A stretch of DNA of 64,000 nt, from NCBI GenBank assembly GCA_964472415.1, contig CAYYLC010000003.1, positions 2,219 to 66,218 of the forward strand. Reading direction: 5' to 3'. Below are positions 1 to 9,700 of this stretch, piece after piece. Each line of letters opens with the position of its first letter. Within the stretch, counting starts at the first letter, position 1. A program made the translations under genes and the position numbers. This stretch comes from an uncultured Gammaproteobacteria bacterium. GTDB taxonomy: Bacteria; Patescibacteriota; Microgenomatia; Levybacterales; GWA1-39-11. Under the pieces are notes generated by a model. It ran no database searches and was not told where the DNA came from. It saw only the letters and a program-made list of their open reading frames with translations.

Positions 1-742
1 GCTCGAACCAAAGAGGACAAATCAGCAGAGTAGTAATTTGTGTCGAGATGTGGCGGCTAATGCTTGTAACGAATTTCTCGGCACAAACTATTCAGGAAGT
101 GAAGCTTTGAATGCAAAGCATAATCCTTCTAATCCAGTTAGTGAGGAATTTAGGAAATGTGTTATTGAGCAGTGGGCGATTGCAGTAAAGGCGAATTGTG
201 CTGATAGTCCGTTGTATTTGTATGGACCGGAGGGGATGAGCGTGAATGTGAAGATCGGGGTTCCTGTTACTGAAAGTAAGGCACCCTATAACCCGATCAA
301 TGGGTACTCTGGTGTATTAACAGGAAAGGGTGGGATCGTAATAGGAGGAGTGATGTACCCTTCTTTGGAATATGATTATCAATTAGGAGGTAAGTTCGTC
401 CCGCCAACGAGAGGAGTTGTGATAAATCGTGCGACAATTGATAGTCAGCTGAGGGAGTATGCTGAAAAGCTAGGAATGAATGAAGTCGAGGCTTATGATT
501 TCATAAAATACATACAGGCAAATACATCCGGAGAAAAGTTTTTCCTTTCGCACTTCTCGCACAATATCTCATCGAAATTACTTCCTCTTCATTTCACACC
601 ACAACCTGATTCGTACACAAATATTATTTTCTATATTGATGAAGAATCGAGAAATCTTCAGGATATTGAAGAAATGGGTGAATTTGAAAAGATTAGAAGA
701 AATGGATATACGGCTGTTGAAATTAGTTACATTATTCGTTAG
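1..742 (+). CDS. hypothetical protein, 5'-truncated at window edge
   Basis: The frame of the 38..742 ORF stays open back to position 2, so the true start lies upstream of the window. No recognisable motifs. Confidence 0.45.
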   Translation, partial: LEPKRTNQQSSNLCRDVAANACNEFLGTNYSGSEALNAKHNPSNPVSEEFRKCVIEQWAIAVKANCADSPLYLYGPEGMSVNVKIGVPVTESKAPYNPINGYSGVLTGKGGIVIGGVMYPSLEYDYQLGGKFVPPTRGVVINRATIDSQLREYAEKLGMNEVEAYDFIKYIQANTSGEKFFLSHFSHNISSKLLPLHFTPQPDSYTNIIFYIDEESRNLQDIEEMGEFEKIRRNGYTAVEISYIIR

Positions 743-805
743 ATAGTATTTATTGATCCATTTTTCCTTGCTTTCTTGCTCGATAACGGGTAGTATATTT
801 CTTGA

Positions 806-1375
806 ATGGTATTATCAGATAAAGATATAAAATCACTTGTGACAAAAGGGGTTATCGAGGTTTTCCCCAAGCCCGATTTCAAAACACAGCTCGGATCATG
901 CTCGTTAGATTTACGGCTTGGAAATGACTTTAGAGTTTTTGAACATAGTAAGAATGCGTATCTTGATCCCACGAAAAAAGATTATACCAATGAGATAACT
1001 CGAAAAGTAACTGTTAAAGATGGTGATGCGTTTATCATGCAGCCTGGAGATTTCGTATTAGCCGTTACTATGGAGCGAATAAAGATCCCTGATAATTTAT
1101 TGGGGAGGCTTGAAGGGCGATCTTCTCTTGGAAGGCTCGGAATTGTTGTGCATTCGACTGCGAGTGTATTTGATCCAGGGTGGGATGGTCAGTGCGTCTT
1201 GGAGCTCGGAAATTTAGGAAGAATGCCGGTTGCGCTCTATCCTGGAATGAGAATTTGTGCGATGACATTCGATCAGCTTTCAACACCCGCTGAGAAGCCA
1301 TATACTAAGCGGGAATTGGCAAAGTATAAATTCCAAAGTGGTCCTCAGGAAAGTAGATATAATCAAGACAAGTAA
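806..1375 (+). CDS. dcd: dCTP deaminase
   Basis: The N-terminus MVLSDKDIKSL...VFPKPD and the length (189 aa) match the dCTP deaminase/dUTPase-fold family. ATG at 806. Confidence 0.85.
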   Translation: MVLSDKDIKSLVTKGVIEVFPKPDFKTQLGSCSLDLRLGNDFRVFEHSKNAYLDPTKKDYTNEITRKVTVKDGDAFIMQPGDFVLAVTMERIKIPDNLLGRLEGRSSLGRLGIVVHSTASVFDPGWDGQCVLELGNLGRMPVALYPGMRICAMTFDQLSTPAEKPYTKRELAKYKFQSGPQESRYNQDK

Positions 1376-1408
1376 TTTTTATTCCCTAGCATTTTTAATG
1401 CGATGTAT

Positions 1409-2488
1409 TCACAGTGTAAGCAAGAGCGCTCCGCCAATTATCAGGAGTAGAATTCCTCCTGTTATTACATAGGTCTGCATAGGTGAGCCAGGATTTGCAA
1501 TAGTTGGGGTAGGCGTGTTTGTTGCAGTCGTAGCAGCTGGCATGGTGGGGGTGAGCGTCGCAGTAATTTGAACATTGATGGGCGTTGCAGTCGGAAGTGT
1601 TCTGGTAGGGGTATTTGAAGGGATATTTGGTGTCGTTGACGGGGAGACGACTACTTCTATTGGGGTCGGCGTGGTTGGTATTGGGGTAGGCGTGTTTGTT
1701 GTGGTTGGTAGAAAACTTGTAGGAGTCGGGGTAAGTTGGGATGTTGGTGAGGGTGTAATAGTAGGTGTAGGAGTTACGGTGAAAGTAGGTAGCGGGGTAA
1801 TTGTGGGGGATAGAGTTATTGTAGGATCAATGGAGGGAGTGGGAGTCCGGGTAATTTCCGTATCTGGATCACTCCCAAAAGTTGTTGTCCAATACCACCA
1901 ACCATTTTGTCCTGGTATGCGTGCGATTCCGATAACTTGCTTGTCTGAGCTCCCCATATTCCGTCTGTGTCCTGGTGAGTTAAACCATGAGGTGAAAGCG
2001 CTTTGTGCGCTTGCGTATGAGTAGGTAATATTTTCTGCTATTGCACCACCCGTATAGCCAAATGCTTGGAATCGTTCTTCTATGTTCCTTCCAAGAGAAT
2101 CGACATGACTAAGTGATTGCCTTTGTGCCATATCATTTGATTGCCAGTCAGCGGCTTCTGTGAGTTTTTGCGATATTTTAAGAGGGGTTTTTAAGCCGAG
2201 ATCGTTTATGCGATATTCGTTAATAATATCTAAAAAATTCCATTCTTCACTATCAAGTTCGGCAGAAGACATTGGTAAAGATTCATCTGTGGAGAATGCG
2301 TTAAAATCTTGAGCTTGGGTAGGCGTAGGGGTAGATAGGGTTTCTGTGGAAGGAGTGTTGTCATTTTTGGAAAAATGAAAAAGAATAATGCTAACAATTC
2401 CAACGAGAATTATTATCCCGACAATAAGGAATTTTTTTTGGATTACTCCCATTAAATTATCATAGTACGAAATAAGGGCTTGCCACAA
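1409..2488 (-). CDS. membrane-anchored CAP/SCP (YkwD-like) domain protein with Thr/Pro-rich linker and C-terminal hydrophobic tail
   Basis: N-terminal TM helix. CAP-family signature FNSPGHRRNM. Long T/P-rich repeats (TPTPT...) followed by a C-terminal hydrophobic segment. Confidence 0.6.
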   Translation of the reverse strand: MWQALISYYDNLMGVIQKKFLIVGIIILVGIVSIILFHFSKNDNTPSTETLSTPTPTQAQDFNAFSTDESLPMSSAELDSEEWNFLDIINEYRINDLGLKTPLKISQKLTEAADWQSNDMAQRQSLSHVDSLGRNIEERFQAFGYTGGAIAENITYSYASAQSAFTSWFNSPGHRRNMGSSDKQVIGIARIPGQNGWWYWTTTFGSDPDTEITRTPTPSIDPTITLSPTITPLPTFTVTPTPTITPSPTSQLTPTPTSFLPTTTNTPTPIPTTPTPIEVVVSPSTTPNIPSNTPTRTLPTATPINVQITATLTPTMPAATTATNTPTPTIANPGSPMQTYVITGGILLLIIGGALLLTL

Positions 2489-2510
2489 GTATAGAGAGGG
2501 TTATATTGTG

Positions 2511-2582
2511 AGGTGCGAACGGGATTCGAACCCGCGAATAACGGTTTTGCAGACCGCCGCGTTACCACTTCGCCACCGCACC
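2511..2582 (-). tRNA. tRNA-Cys (anticodon GCA)
   Basis: The minus strand reads GGTGCGGTGGCGAAGTGGTAACGC...GCGGTCTGCAAAACCGT...GCGGGTTCGAATCCCGTTCGCACC-U. It has a 7-bp acceptor stem, a D arm, an anticodon loop CTGCAAA (GCA), and a T arm GGTTCGAATCC. The discriminator is U, as is typical for tRNA-Cys. No CCA is encoded. Confidence 0.8.
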
Positions 2583-2640
2583 GAATGGTAATAACACTCG
2601 AGTTTACCAAAAAAGATCCTCAATATCCAAGGCAATTCCT

Positions 2641-3552
2641 CTATTGGGTAAGGAGTTTGACACTTTCTGCTTTGCGCGCATTTAAGAATTCTGCAAATGT
2701 GCCGTATTCTCCTTCTGTGGCATCTTGGATTTGTATGAGAAAGAATCTCTTATTGTTCTCAAAAATATTACTAACATCTCCTACTTCAAGAAGAAATACT
2801 TCTTCAGTTTGAAGTGGGGAAAGGAATATGTTTGATTGAGTAAGCATAATATCTTCTAGAAAGTGTAGATTTTGCGATTGTGGGATAGGTGAATTTACTG
2901 TTTCAGAGAGTGTAGATTCGAGTGAGTTTTCTTTTAATGACTCAAAAAAAGAACGGGTTTCTGCTTCTATATCATTTGAAAACACGATATGAGCAGTTCG
3001 AGATGGTGATACGATTGCGGCAATTTTTTCTGCGAGGACCAGGTCTTTTGCGAGTTCTCGGTTCACTGTTACGGTTCTGGAGAGAGTTTCGAGAAGATCC
3101 ATTTTATTACTTATTTCTTGATCAGATACTGTAATTTTTCGCTTCTCTGCTTCGAGCGTAATAATTCGTTTTCTGATTACCTCATCGAGGAGCTCACTCT
3201 GGAGGGCTGAAGGTGCAGTTGTGTATGTTGTGGCGTTTTGCTGTTTCGTGTATTCACGGTCGATGTCTGCTTTTGTTATGGTAGTATTTCCTACTCGTGC
3301 GATTGGTTGCTCTGTGAGGGGTTGTGTATTTGACGCCTGTTGTCTGAGATCTTGTTGGCTATTTATTTGCCAGATAGTTACTGGGAGAGCAAGAAGCACT
3401 ATAGCTCCTAAGATGATTGGTACAAACCGTGCTTTAGAAATGGATGACGATTGTGCTGGAGGTTCTTCATGCTGGCTCTGAGGATTAGTAGCGCGGAATC
3501 GGGTCGGTGTAAGGGGACCGTTAAATGGTGAATTATTTTGTAGGGGATTCAT
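2641..3552 (-). CDS. membrane-anchored SurA N-terminal-domain-like chaperone protein
   Basis: N-terminal TM helix. The segment IARVGNTTITKADIDREY resembles the SurA_N/PpiD chaperone domain. No parvulin domain is recognised. Confidence 0.4.
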   Translation of the reverse strand: MNPLQNNSPFNGPLTPTRFRATNPQSQHEEPPAQSSSISKARFVPIILGAIVLLALPVTIWQINSQQDLRQQASNTQPLTEQPIARVGNTTITKADIDREYTKQQNATTYTTAPSALQSELLDEVIRKRIITLEAEKRKITVSDQEISNKMDLLETLSRTVTVNRELAKDLVLAEKIAAIVSPSRTAHIVFSNDIEAETRSFFESLKENSLESTLSETVNSPIPQSQNLHFLEDIMLTQSNIFLSPLQTEEVFLLEVGDVSNIFENNKRFFLIQIQDATEGEYGTFAEFLNARKAESVKLLTQ

Positions 3553-3594
3553 TCTCTCATTATTTCAAAAAATGCACTAGGAAATCAACTTGCC

Positions 3595-4257
3595 TTACAG
3601 TGCTGGAAGAGGAGTAGCGGGCGAAGTTAGGGGAGGTTCCGTAGTGGTTATAGGTGCAGGTGAGGAAGCGGTCGGAAGCATAATCGTGAGTGGCTGAGCG
3701 GCTCTCAGAAGAGAGTTAGTGCTTTGTAGCGTTCGTACCGTTGTTTTCGGGAGCACAGTAATTTCAGTTGAGTTCAGTGCAGAATAGAGCGTATTAAATC
3801 TGAGCGTTGCAATGGTCCCTGCCCCGCTTACTTCTTCAGCATCAAGGCTCCCAAGCGCAATGATAAATGTTATACGCCCAAGATCTGGTTCTACGGAATT
3901 TACGAGAACTCCTGGATTTTCCCCAAAAAGATTATTCTCAGTCGGTGCTATGGATACGTTAGCGAGGACGGTTGGGTCATAAGAAAGTTGAAGTTCCACG
4001 CCGGAAATATTTTGACCATTCGTATCTACCATAACGTCCACTATATGCGCAGCTGTGGTTGCAGTAGAGGTGTCTATAGACGACGGTGAGAAGGAGATAT
4101 CAGTCTGCGGATTTATAGTGGGAATAATATCTTCCTCAGAAGCAGGCGCTTCAGTAATATCAGGTGGGCTTTGGTTTTCTGTTCGAATCGCGATATACAC
4201 GAGTCCCACGGTAAAAAGAAGTAGGATAACGATAAGAATAGTGGTTTTTTTGGGCAT
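3595..4257 (-). CDS. cohesin domain protein (signal-anchor, T/P-rich C-terminus)
   Basis: N-terminal TM helix. The cohesin hallmark LQLSYDPTVLANVSI and the GAGTIATLRF beta-strand pattern resemble clostridial cohesins. Confidence 0.55.
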   Translation of the reverse strand: MPKKTTILIVILLLFTVGLVYIAIRTENQSPPDITEAPASEEDIIPTINPQTDISFSPSSIDTSTATTAAHIVDVMVDTNGQNISGVELQLSYDPTVLANVSIAPTENNLFGENPGVLVNSVEPDLGRITFIIALGSLDAEEVSGAGTIATLRFNTLYSALNSTEITVLPKTTVRTLQSTNSLLRAAQPLTIMLPTASSPAPITTTEPPLTSPATPLPAL

Positions 4258-4306
4258 GGCTCCTTTATCTTCTTATAACTGAGTGATTATTGTCAAGTAA
4301 TTTGTG

Positions 4307-5824
4307 TTACCGCTGTGTTGCTCCTTGCCTATTAGCAAAACCTCTTTGCATTGCGGTAAGGTCAATGGTGTCAATTTTTCCATTTTCGTTCAAGTCTGCT
4401 CGAGTTTTTGCATCATCCGTACAAATCGCTTCATCTTTGTAGCATGCGATAAAAAGATTGTAATCTGCAAGATCGAGGATGTCATTGCTATTTCCAGTTC
4501 TGTCAATATCTCCGGAAATAAGAACTATCTGTGAGAGCTCTGTTGTGCTATTCGTTGTGATAAGTGGAAAGCCTGGGATTTCTGAGTAGAGTGTGTTATC
4601 AAGTCTCACCAGTACAAGATAATTTGCAGTAGGGAGACTTCCGAGATTAACAGTTCCTTTGTAGGTAAATGTGGTGGGATCAAACGTAAGTGTTCCTATT
4701 GCGGGGTTTTGATTTCCTGTTGCGAGATTCGTCACGTCTGTTCCGGTGGCAGATTCAACGCGCACTTCCACCTGGCGAGTAGTTCGCACGGGGTTTTCTG
4801 TATTATTCAGAGTGCCTGAGCCGGATGCTGCTGTATTTGATCCGATTCCCGGGAGTGCAAGGCTAAGAGAGATTCTTGTTCCACCGGCAGTTGTTGGCTG
4901 GCTTGTTACGGTCGGCATGGGGGTGCTGCTACTTTTTGGTTTTTGTGTTATAGAAGGAGCAGTTTTTGTTGGAATCGGGGTAGGAGTTGAGATAGGTGAT
5001 GATTGTATTGAAGTAGGTGTCGAGTTAATAGGTGGTTGTGTTGGGGTAGGAGTGGGTCTTTCCGGGCTTGTGCAGATACCATCTTCACATTTATTACTTG
5101 CACAGAGGTATGGGACGGGGATCCCTCCAAGCTTACAGGTGCATCCCCCAGGACGGTTTGCACTATTACTGCTACAGCTATTCCATCCTCCAGAAGGGGC
5201 AGTAGTGGGTGTAGGCAGTGGGTTGTCACTGAGAGTGCACAGTCCTGTTGCTGGATGGATCGAATACCTTGCGCCGCAACAGCCAAACCCTGCTGGAGGT
5301 TTTTCTCCCGCTCTCCCACATTGGTTTGTGTTTCCACCAGTGTCACCGTTATCTTTTTCTCCATTTTCTGAAGAGCCGCAAACAACTTCAGATGTGTACG
5401 ATGTGGAGGTTAGTTGTTTACCGCTTTTGTCGGTTGCTGAGACTTGAAATATATATATTGCTCCTTGCTCGAGTCCGTTTGCTGCATAGGAAGTTTGATC
5501 AATTGCTTGGATATTTATGTTTTTGATGGGATTTTGCCCTTCTTTAACATAGTGAACAGTTTGGATTGCAATAGCAGATCTTGGACTTGCTTGCGTCCAA
5601 CGTACTATGAGATTTCTGCAATTTGATCCTTCAGTGACGGATATGATTGAAGGAGGAGTAGTGATGCTTCCAGATGCAGCGCGTTGTCTCAGGTCTTGCT
5701 GTTGTTGGGTGAGTATTATGGTTATGGGAAGTGCAAGTGCGAGGATAAGTCCACCGATAACCATAGCTGTCCTTTGCCAGGAGTGGAAGAAAGCACCATC
5801 AATAAGGCTACGAATAGATCTCAT
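4307..5824 (-). CDS. secreted FN3-like, Cys-rich protein with C-terminal dockerin-like repeats
   Basis: Signal-anchor, an FN3-like segment, a Cys-rich block and a T/P-rich linker. The C-terminal GDIDRTGNSNDILDLADYNL...DLNENGKIDTIDLTAMQRGF matches duplicated dockerin Ca-binding repeats. Confidence 0.55.
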   Translation of the reverse strand: MRSIRSLIDGAFFHSWQRTAMVIGGLILALALPITIILTQQQQDLRQRAASGSITTPPSIISVTEGSNCRNLIVRWTQASPRSAIAIQTVHYVKEGQNPIKNINIQAIDQTSYAANGLEQGAIYIFQVSATDKSGKQLTSTSYTSEVVCGSSENGEKDNGDTGGNTNQCGRAGEKPPAGFGCCGARYSIHPATGLCTLSDNPLPTPTTAPSGGWNSCSSNSANRPGGCTCKLGGIPVPYLCASNKCEDGICTSPERPTPTPTQPPINSTPTSIQSSPISTPTPIPTKTAPSITQKPKSSSTPMPTVTSQPTTAGGTRISLSLALPGIGSNTAASGSGTLNNTENPVRTTRQVEVRVESATGTDVTNLATGNQNPAIGTLTFDPTTFTYKGTVNLGSLPTANYLVLVRLDNTLYSEIPGFPLITTNSTTELSQIVLISGDIDRTGNSNDILDLADYNLFIACYKDEAICTDDAKTRADLNENGKIDTIDLTAMQRGFANRQGATQR

Positions 5825-5891
5825 CTAAAAATAACTATGTTCTTATAGTAGAAAAGTTGACAGAAGGAAGTCAAGTGAAATAGCGGAATTA

Positions 5892-7166
5892 CTATTTTTT
5901 CTTTGCGATTACGTTCATCCAGTCACTTTCAAGAGGGCTGAATGGTTTTCTGAAAACATAATCCCAACTTTTCCCATCAAAAGTAGATCCGTAGAAATTG
6001 ATATCACTGAATCCTAGATTCATGAGGAGTCTTTCAAGTCCAATCTGGGTGATATATGCGAATATGGAGTTTTTAACTCCGTATGATGACCACTTGTTGT
6101 CGGTTTTGTCAAATACTGCAAACGTTTTAAGGATTGTCATTTCTTCTTCATCTGGCTTGTCGTAGAATTCAAGGAATGCATGCTCATCTCCTGGTTCTTC
6201 GTAAGAGTCTTTATCAACAAATGTGAGGTTAAGGAGTCTATTTCGTGTCTTAAGAACTTTTTGAAAATTCGTATTCTGTATGAGTAAAAGTGATGGTCCG
6301 CTCAGGAGCTCTGATGCTTCACTCAATGTTTGCTGGTAAATGTAGGGGTTGTGGGAGAGTGTATTTCCCCAAATCATAACGCAATCAAATGGCTTAGAGA
6401 TCTGCTCTGGCGAAATGTTATTATAATCCCCACAAATAAATGAAAGACGTTTTTTTATCTTTATCGGGAGATGTTCCATTCTTTTTTTTGCCTCTTCAAT
6501 CATAGGGTTGCTTCTGTCTATTCCTGTTACGTGGAACCCTTCTTTTGCAAGCGCTATGACATGATCGCCGGTCCCGCAACCGATATCAAGAATTGTTTTT
6601 ACATCGTTTTCCTTAAATAATGCGATAAGATCAGGGAGTTCGTGTGAAAGTCTATTTTCTGTATCGACTGTTTTATAGTAATTTTTCGTGAGCCAATCAT
6701 TGTATTCTTCATCCACACTTATTACCAATTTTTCTCGTGTTATACATTGGAATATGTCGGTATTTGAAATACTCCCAATTAGCTCCGAATTTTCATCTAT
6801 TACTGGAAGATAGGGAGTATTGTGTTGCTTCATAAGTTTCAGTGCTTCTTGGAGTGGAGCACTTGCTTTAATAGCAATAACTTTTTTACTCATCACTTCT
6901 TTTACCGGAATTTTAAAAGCACGAGAAACCTTTTCTTCTATAGCAGCTGTATGAGAATTCTGTGCGGGATCGAGGATAAATTCTTCTGGGTTCAAAAATA
7001 CATTCGATAAGATGTCTTGCTCTGATATAAATCCTACGATTTTTTTGCCTTCGCAAACGGGGAGGCCAGTAATTTTTCGACCAAAAAGAAGCTGTGATGC
7101 ATAATTGACCGTGTCATTTACGGAAACAGAGTCGACTTGTCGGGACATGATGTTTGCTACCTTCAT
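5892..7166 (-). CDS. CBS-pair domain fused to class I SAM-dependent methyltransferase
   Basis: Two CBS-like segments at the N-terminus. Methyltransferase motif I ILDIGCGTGDH in the C-terminal half. Confidence 0.7.
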   Translation of the reverse strand: MKVANIMSRQVDSVSVNDTVNYASQLLFGRKITGLPVCEGKKIVGFISEQDILSNVFLNPEEFILDPAQNSHTAAIEEKVSRAFKIPVKEVMSKKVIAIKASAPLQEALKLMKQHNTPYLPVIDENSELIGSISNTDIFQCITREKLVISVDEEYNDWLTKNYYKTVDTENRLSHELPDLIALFKENDVKTILDIGCGTGDHVIALAKEGFHVTGIDRSNPMIEEAKKRMEHLPIKIKKRLSFICGDYNNISPEQISKPFDCVMIWGNTLSHNPYIYQQTLSEASELLSGPSLLLIQNTNFQKVLKTRNRLLNLTFVDKDSYEEPGDEHAFLEFYDKPDEEEMTILKTFAVFDKTDNKWSSYGVKNSIFAYITQIGLERLLMNLGFSDINFYGSTFDGKSWDYVFRKPFSPLESDWMNVIAKKK

Positions 7167-7270
7167 ATTGTATTGTCGCGTACTGGTTCAGATTATACTC
7201 TATAAGTCCAAGGAGTTGTAGTGCGGTGTTGTAGATGAGGTTATAGTATGGTAAAATCGCTCAGTTTAAA

Positions 7271-8302
7271 ATGAACTCAAAAGAAACACCTCAAGTTCCA
7301 GAATCAAGGGAGATTCTTCTTAATGATCTCGTTAATATAGCAATAAACGAATATGCAGGAAGATGCATGCCGGTTTTGAGAGATAAAGTAAAAAATGGGG
7401 AAGATAAAAAAATTATTAAGCTGGGAAAAAGAAAGGAGTATAAAAGAGGAGATGTTGTTACGAGCATTGATCCTATAGGTGAAAATCTTCTGCACGAGAT
7501 TGTTGATGGATATAATATACCTGCTACGATTTATGGTGAGCACCAATTGTTCCCTTCTCCGACAGGAGACTCTCTTATAGATTTTGAGATTGATCCCTTT
7601 GATAATACAAAAGAATATCAATCAGGGCTTGATACGCCTCCTTGGACCGTGTTGAGTGCATATATCGCACGTAAGCCAGCGGCAGCATTTATAGGAAGTA
7701 TTAAAGATAATAAAGCGTACATACTCCAAAACGGTGAGGTTTTTGAAAGAAATCTTGATAACGGGCAAAATGTTATTGTGAAAAAATCCGAACGGAAGAC
7801 TCTTCAAGACCCAGAATCAAGACTTGCATCATATTGTGGAAGCTCAGAGTATACATTGCCATTCGATAGAGAGTTTGGAGATTTTAAAAATAATAGGCCC
7901 CATGAATCTTTATTTTATGGGGGAGGAGGCGCTTTTATATATGGATATTTAGCTTCAGGTAAGGTCGATGCTTATGTAATGTGGCAAGAGCCATATGAAG
8001 AAATTGATCCTGGTGTTGCAATAGCTCTTGCTGCTGGATGTGAAGTAGGTTATTTAGATGAAAGAGGAGTATGGCATGATTATGAATATAATCCAGACAG
8101 GGAAGACAAGACTACACCTGGGGTTTTTGTGGCTGCAGCTACGCCTGAAATTCGTGATGAAGTGATTGATCATTATATTGATCAACACACATTTCATCTC
8201 TCATCAGACGAAATACCTCTCGCAGAGCGCCAGGAATTGCCTATATTACCAGAGAGACACTCTTCATGGTACGAGAAGTCTCAGTTTGCGGGAAAAAAAT
8301 AA
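7271..8302 (+). CDS. inositol monophosphatase/FBPase (FIG) family protein
   Basis: An IMPase-like metal-binding motif EIDPFDNTKEY (DPxDxT) and a downstream W..AAG-like segment. Only family-level similarity. Confidence 0.5.
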   Translation: MNSKETPQVPESREILLNDLVNIAINEYAGRCMPVLRDKVKNGEDKKIIKLGKRKEYKRGDVVTSIDPIGENLLHEIVDGYNIPATIYGEHQLFPSPTGDSLIDFEIDPFDNTKEYQSGLDTPPWTVLSAYIARKPAAAFIGSIKDNKAYILQNGEVFERNLDNGQNVIVKKSERKTLQDPESRLASYCGSSEYTLPFDREFGDFKNNRPHESLFYGGGGAFIYGYLASGKVDAYVMWQEPYEEIDPGVAIALAAGCEVGYLDERGVWHDYEYNPDREDKTTPGVFVAAATPEIRDEVIDHYIDQHTFHLSSDEIPLAERQELPILPERHSSWYEKSQFAGKK

Positions 8303-8309
8303 ATGGAGC

Positions 8310-9635
8310 CTACGGGAGTCTAAATTTACTTGCAAATTTCTTTACTTCTCCCGAAATTCTTTCTAGTTCTTTATTATTATCAATATCGTCTTTGAATGCT
8401 TTGAAAAAGACCGTTCGCTTTTCTTGGGTCGTTGGAAGTCCCCATTCGCCACACGCAACAATCGTTTCATTAATCCATTTCGCGATTTTTTTCATGTCAG
8501 CCTCATTCATGCCTCGGGTTGTGATAGCAGGAGTTCCAATACGAATTCCTGAAGGATAAAATGGTGGATTTGTGTCATTTGGAACTGAGTTTTTATTTAC
8601 AATAATATTTGTCCTTTCAAGTGCGTATGCAGCAAGTGCGCCGTTTATTTTTTTGTTTTGGAGATTGACAAGCATAAGGTGATTGTCAGTGCCGCCACTT
8701 ACGATATCAAATTCGTAATTTGTTAGTTCTTTACTGAGAGTTTTTGCATTTTTGACTATTTGCTTTGCATACGATTTAAATTCTTCAGTACTAGCCTCCT
8801 GAAGTGCTACGGCAATAGCTGCAGTTTGGTCATCATGGGGGCCACCTTGGAGTCCAGGGAATACTGCTTTATCGATTTTTTCAGCAAGTTTTGGGTCTTT
8901 GGAAAGGCCTCTTTTGGTGACCATTATTATCGCACCTCGGGGTCCGCGGAGAGTCTTGTGTGTTGTTGTCATGATGATATCTGCGTATCGTGCTGGAGAT
9001 GGATGTGCGCCACCTGCGATGAGTCCTGCGATATGAGAAATATCTGCTACGAGATATGATTTATTTTTATTAGCAATTTCTGCAAATTCTTCAAATGGTA
9101 GCGTCCTAGAATAGGCTGTTGCTCCAATAAAGATAAGGGTTGGTTTGTGTTTTTTTGCAAGCGTTTTTACTTCTTTTATATCAATTCGTCCGGTTGCATC
9201 TACGTGGTATTGAATACCATTATAAAACTGGCCTGTCACGCTCGCTTTCCATCCATGAGTGAGATGTCCACCATCAGGAAGTGCATGGCCGAGAACAGTA
9301 TCTCCTAGTTTGCAAAGAGCGACGTAAATCGCAAGATTTGCAGGGCTTCCGGAGTAGGGCTGAACGTTCACATGTTCAACTTTAAACAACTTTTTAGCAC
9401 GTTCTATCGCAAGAATTTCAGCACTATCTATGAATTTATTTCCTTGATAGTATCGTTTTTTCGGATAGCCTTCAGAGTATTTGTTTGTTAGAGCTGATCC
9501 GAGCGCAGCGCGAACTGCAGTGGAGGCATAATTTTCTGATGGGATGAGCGTAATGGTTTCTTTTTGGCGTTTTTCTTCTTGGTGAATTATTTCATCTATC
9601 TGAGGATCTATTGAGGAAAGTTTTTGTATGCTCAT
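8310..9635 (-). CDS. glyA: serine hydroxymethyltransferase
   Basis: Motifs LIPSENY, VQPYSGSPANLAIY and the PLP-lysine region TTTHKTLRGPRG. Confidence 0.9.
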   Translation of the reverse strand: MSIQKLSSIDPQIDEIIHQEEKRQKETITLIPSENYASTAVRAALGSALTNKYSEGYPKKRYYQGNKFIDSAEILAIERAKKLFKVEHVNVQPYSGSPANLAIYVALCKLGDTVLGHALPDGGHLTHGWKASVTGQFYNGIQYHVDATGRIDIKEVKTLAKKHKPTLIFIGATAYSRTLPFEEFAEIANKNKSYLVADISHIAGLIAGGAHPSPARYADIIMTTTHKTLRGPRGAIIMVTKRGLSKDPKLAEKIDKAVFPGLQGGPHDDQTAAIAVALQEASTEEFKSYAKQIVKNAKTLSKELTNYEFDIVSGGTDNHLMLVNLQNKKINGALAAYALERTNIIVNKNSVPNDTNPPFYPSGIRIGTPAITTRGMNEADMKKIAKWINETIVACGEWGLPTTQEKRTVFFKAFKDDIDNNKELERISGEVKKFASKFRLP

Positions 9636-9700
9636 TGAGTGTAAATGATATCACATTTTGCCTATAAAGACAATGCTTTATGAGGCGCGAGAGATGATAA

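Noticed and set aside
1575-2024. 149-aa Gly/Val-rich ORF antisense to the CAP-domain gene
   Set aside because: It is a mirror-frame artefact of the T/P-rich linker on the opposite strand, with a (GVGV)n composition. The same applies to 4746..5447, 5036..5371, 29130..29513 and 22348..22710.
2513-2812. 99-aa ORF on the + strand
   Set aside because: It overlaps the minus-strand tRNA-Cys (2511..2582) and the 3' end of the 2641..3552 gene. It has no RBS and an aberrant composition, so it is spurious.
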